This document shows, piece by piece, positions 42,981-49,852 of a stretch of DNA of 58,821 nt. Position 1 is the first letter of the stretch. The number at the start of each line of letters is the position of its first letter. A program made the translations under genes and the position numbers. The stretch lies in IMG/VR virus record IMGVR_UViG_3300037875_000261. One strand, 5' to 3'. The notes under the pieces are model-generated. The model saw only the letters and a program-made list of their open reading frames with translations, made no database searches and was not told the DNA's origin. The stretch is from a virus.

Positions 42981-43247
42981 TCACCCCGAGATCTCCCTCA
43001 AGATCAGACCGCAAAGAACCACAGTCGCAACTCCGAGCAGCCACTTCAGTACCTGGGCTTGATACTCAAGCCTCTGAAGTACCTTTGACTGTCGCTCCAC
43101 AGACTCCTCCAGCTTCTCGAAGGAACTGATGAGGTGCGCGGTCTTTGTGCTGAGTTCGATCATTTCAATGTTCGCGACCATCACCTGATTCGACAGGTCG
43201 TGAGTCCTTTTTCTTAGAGCGTCCATCCACCTGCTGTCCTCTGCCAT
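42981..43247 (-). CDS. coiled-coil protein with a C-terminal TM segment (88 aa)
   Basis: Tail of frame 42981..43886 from the ATG at 43247. TM WLLGVATVVLCGLIL. The DNA is visibly more A/T-rich than its flanks. Confidence 0.5.
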   Translation of the reverse strand: MAEDSRWMDALRKRTHDLSNQVMVANIEMIELSTKTAHLISSFEKLEESVERQSKVLQRLEYQAQVLKWLLGVATVVLCGLILREISG

Positions 43248-43267
43248 AGGTGCCGATCCGATCTTGC

Positions 43268-43780
43268 TCACCCCTTGCGACCCCACGCGCCCTCGGTCGT
43301 CTGCGCGCTCTCGGGTTGCGGCACGCGGCGAGCGCGCCCGCTCGCGATGTCGACGAGCGCGCGACGCAGCGCGACCATACCGGCGGGGACCAGTCGCGAA
43401 TAGTAGAACGACCCCGGCGAGCCGAAGCTGGCGCGGTCGATCTCGACAATCTCCTGCTCGCAGATGTCGCCCATGTCGGGGTCGCGAAGGTCGCCCCAGA
43501 ACCACGTCGCGCCCGTGTACGCCTCGTCGCCGAAGTAGGTATGCCGAACGGCGTCCGGCCCCCTGTGTCGCGGGAGCAGCGACGGGTGCAGAATCAGCGT
43601 CCCGAGTTGTGGGGCCAGTAGCTCGCTGGCCGGGAGTATCCGAAGCAACGACGGCGCGATGGCGACGGTCGCCGTCTGCGGCGACGGGGCTTCGGGAATG
43701 CCGAGGTCGCGCAGCGCGTCCCTCGCGCCGACGTACGCGGGGTGACCGGGGTTCTTGGTCGGGTAGACGTACGCGTTCAT
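43268..43780 (-). CDS. formyltransferase-like protein, N-terminally truncated core (170 aa)
   Basis: ILHPSLLPRHRGPDAV matches the formyl_trans_N HxSLLPxxRG motif, and DPDMGDI matches the catalytic-Asp motif. The usual Asn two residues before the His is absent. The ATG overlaps the upstream TGA (ATGA). Confidence 0.55.
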   Translation of the reverse strand: MNAYVYPTKNPGHPAYVGARDALRDLGIPEAPSPQTATVAIAPSLLRILPASELLAPQLGTLILHPSLLPRHRGPDAVRHTYFGDEAYTGATWFWGDLRDPDMGDICEQEIVEIDRASFGSPGSFYYSRLVPAGMVALRRALVDIASGRARRVPQPESAQTTEGAWGRKG

Positions 43781-44931
43781 TTCTTCGCGGCCTCGATCCC
43801 GGCGGGGCCGTAGTAGCGGAATCCCTGGACGGCGCGAAAGTGCCCGCCGAAGCCCGCGTTGAAAGCCTGCGACCGCGCGTTCGCAATGTGGGAGGAGACG
43901 TACGACCTCGCCGACTTCACCTTGTTCGCCCCGTATAGCATGGCGGAAAGCTGACGCCATCTTCTGTCGCGGCGAAGCGCCGAGCATAGACCGGGGTGGC
44001 TGGTGTGGAAGATCGTCGTGACCCTTCGACCGGCGAGCCGTCCCCCCCCGTCCGCCTGCATCTGGCAGACGTGGTTCAGGAACTTCATCCCGACGCCCGC
44101 GCCCTGCCACTCGGGCATGACGACGAGGCGACATCCCCTGGCCTCGACCCTCCTGCCCCTGTTCTTCGTTCCGATGCCCATGAAGCACACGGGCTCGTCG
44201 TCCACGAATCCGCCGTAGCAATGGGCCGCAGGCATGATCGGCAGTTTCAGATAGTGATGCGGCTCAAAAAGCGGCCACAGCTTCCAGTCGACCTGCCGAA
44301 TCTCAAGCTCAAAAGCTGGCCTTCGCCGAAGTGACCCCCTTGCGAACTTCGCGGTGGCGGTATCGAAGATCCAGTCGGGTTCGAGCCAGTCCAGAATGTC
44401 GTAGTGGCAGGAGAGCAGGACGCACTTGCCGCCCGTTCGCCTCCACGCCTTGCCGAACGCGAGCGCGCCGAACTTCGCGACCTGTCGGTCGACGACCGAC
44501 GTGAACTCGTCGACGACGACGCGGTCGGGGGCCTCGGAGATCACCCTCGCGAGATCGGCCCTGAACTTCTCCCCGTTCGACAGGACCGCGTAAGGCCGCA
44601 GCCAAGTTGGTACCGACCCGAGCCCGACGGCGGACAGCGCGCCGGTCACGGCGTCGAAGTTTCCGGCGGGCGCGATCTCGTCGACGATGGGCGAGCCCGC
44701 GTTCCACGACCCCTCGTACATCGCGCCCTCGCCGAGAACCTGTCGACCCATGCTGGTCTTCCCCGAGCCCGACGGGCCGACGATGACGCCGAGCCCCCAG
44801 TCGTCGTCGTCGATGTCGAGCGACGCGTCGAGGCTAAAGTTCGCGCCGGACTCCACGTTGAACAGCGACTTCACGCGCGACGCCCGATAGGTATCGTAGT
44901 CCGCGCACTCGTTGCGCACGGAGATGTTCAC
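43777..44931 (-). CDS. ABC-type ATPase fused to a GNAT-like acyltransferase domain (384 aa)
   Basis: Walker A GPSGSGKT, ABC signature LSNGEKF, Walker B VVVDEF, H-loop CHYD. The C-terminal VVMPEWQGAGVG is the GNAT acyl-CoA loop (Q/RxxGxG/A). The GTG start overlaps the ParB stop. Confidence 0.65.
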   Translation of the reverse strand: MNISVRNECADYDTYRASRVKSLFNVESGANFSLDASLDIDDDDWGLGVIVGPSGSGKTSMGRQVLGEGAMYEGSWNAGSPIVDEIAPAGNFDAVTGALSAVGLGSVPTWLRPYAVLSNGEKFRADLARVISEAPDRVVVDEFTSVVDRQVAKFGALAFGKAWRRTGGKCVLLSCHYDILDWLEPDWIFDTATAKFARGSLRRRPAFELEIRQVDWKLWPLFEPHHYLKLPIMPAAHCYGGFVDDEPVCFMGIGTKNRGRRVEARGCRLVVMPEWQGAGVGMKFLNHVCQMQADGGGRLAGRRVTTIFHTSHPGLCSALRRDRRWRQLSAMLYGANKVKSARSYVSSHIANARSQAFNAGFGGHFRAVQGFRYYGPAGIEAAKK

Positions 44932-45518
44932 GTCGTCACCACCCGGCAGTCCCGACCGCCGTCGCGAAGCTCCGCGAACACCTTCTCCTGCTCGGCCTCG
45001 TCGGCGCAGATCACGATGACGCCGTACTGCTCAAGGTACTTGTCGTCGGGTACGTCGCCCGGCGGGTCGAGACTGTCCGACCCGCCGATCTTCATCAGCG
45101 CCAGATCGTCGACCGACCACCCGATCAGCAGATCCCCGTCGTCGTCGTCGCGCATGTCGAACAGGAAGTCGGGGAGAACGTCGCTATCCCAGGTCGCCAG
45201 TTCGGCGGTGCGGTTGTCGGCGATGGCGAACGCGGTCGCCTCGCGGTCGGACTCGTCGACGACGATCGCGGCGATCTCGGTCCAGCCCAGGTTCCTCGCG
45301 GCCTCAAGCCTTCCGCTCCCCGCGCGGACCACCATACCCCGCTTCTGAACGACGATCGGGCTGCGCTGCCCAAACTTCGACAGCGACGCCTCAATCGCGC
45401 CGATGTTGCGCTCGTTGTGCAGCCGCGCGTTCGCGGGGTCGGGAACCAGATCCCCGATCGGAACCGCCAGCGCCCTCAGGTCGCCGACGATACGCGCGGC
45501 GTTCTTCCTCGTCTCCAT
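44928..45518 (-). CDS. ParB-like nuclease-domain protein (196 aa)
   Basis: LVPDPANARLHNERNIGAIEASLSKFGQRSPIVV...GSGRLEAARNLGW is a typical ParB/Srx N-terminal domain. No methylase domain is attached. Confidence 0.7.
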   Translation of the reverse strand: METRKNAARIVGDLRALAVPIGDLVPDPANARLHNERNIGAIEASLSKFGQRSPIVVQKRGMVVRAGSGRLEAARNLGWTEIAAIVVDESDREATAFAIADNRTAELATWDSDVLPDFLFDMRDDDDGDLLIGWSVDDLALMKIGGSDSLDPPGDVPDDKYLEQYGVIVICADEAEQEKVFAELRDGGRDCRVVTT

Positions 45519-45805
45519 CACTTGCCCTTTCGTTGGTGGGCCTTCCAGCCCGATTGCGTGAGCCAAAACTTCGCCGCGTCGATCCACCCGTCGTCTTCGC
45601 TCATCGCGTGGGCGTAGAGCTTGCGGGCGACGGCGACCGTCGCCTTCATCATGCCGACCTCGATGTCGTTCGCGTAGTGCCTGCCGATGTCGGCGAGCCT
45701 GACGTCGAGGTAGAGCGCGATCTCGGCGGGGTTCATGCCGGTCGCGGCAAGCTGCTGGATTCGATCCCGAGTCTCCTCGGAGAAGGCGTGCTCGTCCGTG
45801 CCCAT
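45518..45805 (-). CDS. small HTH protein (95 aa), TerS- or regulator-like
   Basis: Frame 45518..45865 trimmed to the ATG at 45805. GMNPAEIALYLDVRLADI is HTH-like. The AAKFWLTQSGW tail resembles some small-terminase/HTH_23 proteins. Confidence 0.45.
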   Translation of the reverse strand: MGTDEHAFSEETRDRIQQLAATGMNPAEIALYLDVRLADIGRHYANDIEVGMMKATVAVARKLYAHAMSEDDGWIDAAKFWLTQSGWKAHQRKGK

Positions 45806-46132
45806 AGTTGTCCCTCGATGATGGCGGGGTGGCCCCCCGATAGGTTGCTCGTCGATCACCACCACGGGACCGCGCGAGGCGAACCGGGGGGCCGATGCGC
45901 GTGCAGACTGTAGTCAACGCCGACGGAAACACGCGCGAGAAAATCTCTTGAGATAAATGAAGGGTGACTAGTATCTCGGGCGCAGGCGGAGGCGTGCGCG
46001 CGTTGATACTTGTACGCGCGGACGTACGCGCCTCCGCGCAGCGCGCCCGGGGGATTCGTCACCCTCCCTGTTGAGGGCCAATTTTTTCGCCCCCCCGTCC
46101 GTCGCGGGCGACCGAGCGCGCCCCCCCCCCGT

Positions 46133-46181
46133 GGTGCCCCTGCGGTGCCCCCGTGGTGCCCCCCACGCGGTGCCCCCCCCC
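46133..46181. repeat. four phased iterons GGTGCCCC(C)n
   Basis: Starts at 46133, 46144, 46155 and 46169, giving spacings of 11, 11 and 14 nt. On the minus strand these are G4 to G11 runs. Confidence 0.75.
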
Positions 46182-46220
46182 GTGGGGCGTAGGAGGCCCT
46201 GTGAGGCCTCTGTAAGCCCC

Positions 46221-46246
46221 CGTGCTGGACTTTGGGCGGAAACGGG
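46221..46246. repeat. 26-nt element, copy 1
   Basis: cgtgctggactttgggcggaaacggg matches 57205-57230 at 24/26 positions. Confidence 0.8.
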
Positions 46247-46276
46247 GGCCGCGACCCGTATCCGCCCCGGAAGCCG

Positions 46277-49200
46277 TTAGGCGCGCTCTGAGGGCGTCGT
46301 ACGGCCAGCCCCCGCGAGGGGGTCGCCGACGTCGCTCGCGTCCGCCCCTGCCGGTGCGCTCGACCGCATCCTGAACGCGAACCGGGCGACGCCCTTGCGG
46401 GTCGTCTCGACATCGACGTCGATCCCGGCTTCGCGGAGGAAGCCGAGCCCGTCGATCAGCCTCGCGCCGAGTTGCCCCGCGCGCAGCCAGATCGACAGGG
46501 TGCCCGGCGCGTTCAGATCCTTCGCGGCTGACCGAACGATCCGCGCGAGGTGCGACGCGCGCATCGGCCCGAGGAACATCTCACGCTTCGCCGTGTCCTC
46601 GACGAACTTGCCGTCGTACGCGTGCCGCTGCTCGCTGCCGGGGATCTGCTCGGCCACCGATCGACAATGCGCGAACGCGTACCTGATCGCCGTCACCGAA
46701 AGCTCCTCCTGAATCAACGACTGCAACGCGTAGCACCCGAGCGACGAGAACGCGTCGCGCCACAACGGGTCGACCTCTTCGAGATGCGCGGCCTGCTCCT
46801 CTTCGGGGAAGCCCGCGACCCACGCGAAGTACATCAGCCGCAGGTAGCGCGACAGCCGACCGATGCGCGTGTTGCCGAATATCTCCTCGATGTTCGCGCC
46901 GATGCCCTCGCCCCACTGCTCGTCGAGTTCGAGGGCGCGAGCGCAGCGACGCGTCGCGTCGGACCAGAACAGGTCACGCGACTCGATGATCGCCTCGGCC
47001 AACGCGTCGTCAGCGCGCGGCGAACCGAGACGCTGGTGCGCTTGGGAACACTGGAGCGTGAGCATCCGACTCGCGAGTTCGGACTTGCCGTCGTGGATCG
47101 GCTCGATGCCGTTCATCAGCAGCGCACCGCACACGCGCTCGATCACCGTGCCCGTGTCGCTGTTGCCCTTGCGCTTCTCGCGGGCACCGAGGTTCGTCGC
47201 TTGCAGTAGCGTGCCGCGCAGCGCGCTGTTGACGTCAGCCGACTCGCGGTTGTCGTCGATCGTCAGCATCTCGGTCGACAGTCGCGAGATCATCGCGGCA
47301 CTCGTCGGCACGCTCGAACTCTTGCGACCGTTGACGAGCACCGACACGGCGTCGACCGCCCGCGTCTTGCCCGACGCGCTGCCGCCCTCGATGCGAACGA
47401 TGGGGGCCGCGCCGATCTTGCGGATGACGGGCAGGCAGACCAGCCAGTAGATGAGCACCAGCCGGTCGCCGTCCGAGAGCGACGTCCACTTGAAGCAGGT
47501 CAGCGCGCGCTCGATGCCGCCGCCCTCCTCGACGTACTCGAACGGCATGAAGTCGTGACCCGCGACCGCCGGTACGCGGGCCTCGGCCATGCGCGTACGC
47601 TCGACGGTGCCGACCCCGATCTTGATGATGCGCCCGGCGAGATCGCCGGTAGGGAAGAAGATCGACCCGTCCTTGCCGACGTGCGACCACGACACGTCAG
47701 CCGCCTCGCGCGATGCGTGTTCGAGGAAGTAGATCGCCGCCGCGATATAGGGGCGGTGCGATGACTTGTCCTTCGACAGACCCGACGCGCGATAGATCAG
47801 GCTGCGGAACCTCGGCTGCATTCGATCGACGCCGACGGCGACGCGCTCGTTCCCTCGTACGAGGTACAGTTCGTCGGGGGTTCTGAACGGCGTGTATCCC
47901 ATCGAGATCGTCACGGTCTGCGCGACGTGCTTGCCGAGCGCCTCCTCGTCGGCCTTGTTGTCGACCGCCCGCATGACTGACTGACGCACGGACGCGTATC
48001 GGTCGTGCTCGTCGCCGACCGCGTGGCCGGGCGCTGGCGGTGCGGCTGGCGCGTCGCTGTCGCCCTCGGGTGCGGCGGGTGCGGCTGGCTGCGAGTGCGC
48101 GACCTCGGGCGGCAGCAGATTCAACGTCACGGCGCTCGCCTCGACATCGTTCGCGATCTTGGACTCGTCGTCCTTGCGCGCGGGAAGCACCGACTGCTTG
48201 CGGACCTTCGAGATCCGCTGAAGCACGTCGGCCTTCGATACGCTCTTGCCCGCCGCCTTCGCGATCGCGCCTGCGTAGAGCGCACGCATCATTCGCTCGT
48301 CGACGTGAGCCGCGAGCACGATCGACTCGGCGAACAGGTTCAGACGCGTCAACGCGTCGGCGGTCATGTCGATGTCGCGCGCGTCCTCGTCGACCTGAAG
48401 CTCGACCACGTCGCGGCCAGCCTTGCGGATGGCGTCGAGCTTGCCCGCCGCGCCCGCGCCCTCGATCGCCGCCCACTCGGCGGCGTCGATCTTCGACGCC
48501 GCGATCTGCGCGTGAACCCATTCGCGGTTATCGGCGTCGCACTCCTCGACGATCTCCTTGCGTCGCTTCGGCTCGGCACGCTCCAGCTCGGCGAACGCCT
48601 TCTCGCCGAGAGACTTCATCACCTCGTCACGCGCGGCGAGTTGATGCGCGCCAAGAGGTAGCGTGAGGATCGTCACGGCGAGGCCGCGCCTGACGAGCTT
48701 CATTCCAGCGCGACGCGCGCCGTGGTTTCCGCTGCCCGACAGTTCGTTGTCGAACAGGATCTCGACGCGACCGATGCCGTGCTCGCCGCACTTGCGAACG
48801 AAGCGTTCGAGGTCCGTCTTGTTGAAGTTGATCGTGACCGGCGACACGACCGGGACGCCGAGAGCGGAGAGCGCGACGGCGTCGGCAACTCCTTCGGCGA
48901 CGACGACGGTCGTCGACTCCGCGAGCACCGGCTCGTTGTACAGGTGGTCGTTCGTGATCGACTTCGAGATGTAGGGTCGCGTGTCGCTGTGGACCGGGAG
49001 CTTGTAATACTTCGACGGCGTGCGACCGTCGCGCTTCGGGGTCCACTGCGTCGACCTCCCGATGAGGTAGACCGCGCGGCCCATCTCCAGATACGGGAAC
49101 AGCACGCGACCCTCGAACGGAGTCACAAGCTGCACGCCGCCGCCGGGGTAGAACCCGACGCCCGACGACCTGAAGTCGCTCATCGACCCGGAGCCCGACG

Positions 49201-49741
49201 ACTCGCGCACGATCGCCGGAAGTAGCGGGCTCGGCATGTAGCCGATGCCGTACTGCTCGACGGTCGCGCGGTCGAAGCCCCACCGATCCTGTACCCACGC
49301 GAGTACGTCGGGCGACGCGAGCAGGTGATCGTGAGCGGCCATCGCGAAGAGATGCACAACGTCGAGCGCGTTGTCCGCGCCGACGCCGTTCGGCTCGTAC
49401 GGGATGGCGTACTGCTCGCAGAGCCACCGCACCGCGTCGCGATGCGACTGCGACGTGGACTGCGACGACCCGCGCGACGGCATGCCGCCGCCGGTCAACG
49501 CGTACTCGGCGAACTGGATCAGGTCGCCGTTGATCCCGTCGCACGCCCGGCAGATCCATCGCCCTGTGTGCGTGTTGATCTGTAGCGCCTCGCGCGATGT
49601 CGATTCGTGGCAGAGCGGGTCGCATAGCAACTCGCTGCCAGCCTCGCGAACGATCGGGATGTTCAGTCGCGCGAGCAGATCCTTCGCCGTGAGGATCTCC
49701 CGAAGTTTGTCGTACACGCTCTGCTTTCTCGTTGTCGTCAT
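46277..49741 (-). CDS. DNA primase (CHC2 zinc finger plus Toprim) fused to a P-loop NTPase domain (about 1154 aa)
   Basis: CDPLCHES...GRWICRACDGINGDLIQF is zf-CHC2. VVVAEGVADAVAL is Toprim. Walker A IEGGSASGKT occurs in the C-terminal half. Start set at the ATG at 49741 (MTTTRKQ...). The ORF track extends to a GTG at 49777. Confidence 0.75.
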   Translation of the reverse strand: MTTTRKQSVYDKLREILTAKDLLARLNIPIVREAGSELLCDPLCHESTSREALQINTHTGRWICRACDGINGDLIQFAEYALTGGGMPSRGSSQSTSQSHRDAVRWLCEQYAIPYEPNGVGADNALDVVHLFAMAAHDHLLASPDVLAWVQDRWGFDRATVEQYGIGYMPSPLLPAIVRESSGSGSMSDFRSSGVGFYPGGGVQLVTPFEGRVLFPYLEMGRAVYLIGRSTQWTPKRDGRTPSKYYKLPVHSDTRPYISKSITNDHLYNEPVLAESTTVVVAEGVADAVALSALGVPVVSPVTINFNKTDLERFVRKCGEHGIGRVEILFDNELSGSGNHGARRAGMKLVRRGLAVTILTLPLGAHQLAARDEVMKSLGEKAFAELERAEPKRRKEIVEECDADNREWVHAQIAASKIDAAEWAAIEGAGAAGKLDAIRKAGRDVVELQVDEDARDIDMTADALTRLNLFAESIVLAAHVDERMMRALYAGAIAKAAGKSVSKADVLQRISKVRKQSVLPARKDDESKIANDVEASAVTLNLLPPEVAHSQPAAPAAPEGDSDAPAAPPAPGHAVGDEHDRYASVRQSVMRAVDNKADEEALGKHVAQTVTISMGYTPFRTPDELYLVRGNERVAVGVDRMQPRFRSLIYRASGLSKDKSSHRPYIAAAIYFLEHASREAADVSWSHVGKDGSIFFPTGDLAGRIIKIGVGTVERTRMAEARVPAVAGHDFMPFEYVEEGGGIERALTCFKWTSLSDGDRLVLIYWLVCLPVIRKIGAAPIVRIEGGSASGKTRAVDAVSVLVNGRKSSSVPTSAAMISRLSTEMLTIDDNRESADVNSALRGTLLQATNLGAREKRKGNSDTGTVIERVCGALLMNGIEPIHDGKSELASRMLTLQCSQAHQRLGSPRADDALAEAIIESRDLFWSDATRRCARALELDEQWGEGIGANIEEIFGNTRIGRLSRYLRLMYFAWVAGFPEEEQAAHLEEVDPLWRDAFSSLGCYALQSLIQEELSVTAIRYAFAHCRSVAEQIPGSEQRHAYDGKFVEDTAKREMFLGPMRASHLARIVRSAAKDLNAPGTLSIWLRAGQLGARLIDGLGFLREAGIDVDVETTRKGVARFAFRMRSSAPAGADASDVGDPLAGAGRTTPSERA

Positions 49742-49819
49742 TCCCTCTGGTGTTTCTTTGCTTGGGTTAGTTCGCACGGCGCGAAGCCGTGCATGGGGGG
49801 TAGCAAGATGTGATGAAAC

Positions 49820-49844
49820 GCGAGCGACGTGATACGCCGCTCGC
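49820..49844 (-). terminator. hairpin after the helicase gene
   Basis: 7-bp stem gcgagcg/cgctcgc. The minus strand continues GTTTCATC. Confidence 0.4.
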
Positions 49845-49852
49845 GCTTGCGA

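Larger units (their letters stand above)
45866..46276. other. structured non-coding region, a candidate replication origin or regulatory hub
   Basis: It contains palindrome atctcttgagat (45943-45954), 9-bp inverted repeat gcggaggcg/cgcctccgc (45986-46037), T6 (46082-46087), C7 and C10 tracts, and four phased iterons. The ORFs here are Pro/Gly/Arg repeats generated by the C-tracts. Confidence 0.5.

Noticed and set aside
43781-44221. Upstream extension of the formyltransferase-like ORF (ORF track 43268..44221)
   Set aside because: The extension overlaps the ABC-GNAT gene out of frame and is Arg-rich. An ATG in an ATGA overlap with the upstream stop gives a sensible start at 43780.
45856-46413. 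ORFs across the iteron region (45856..46413 minus, 46010..46192 plus, 46071..46280 plus)
   Set aside because: Their translations are Pro/Gly/Arg repeats produced by the poly-C/poly-G tracts. One also overlaps the primase 3' end. The region is better explained as non-coding.
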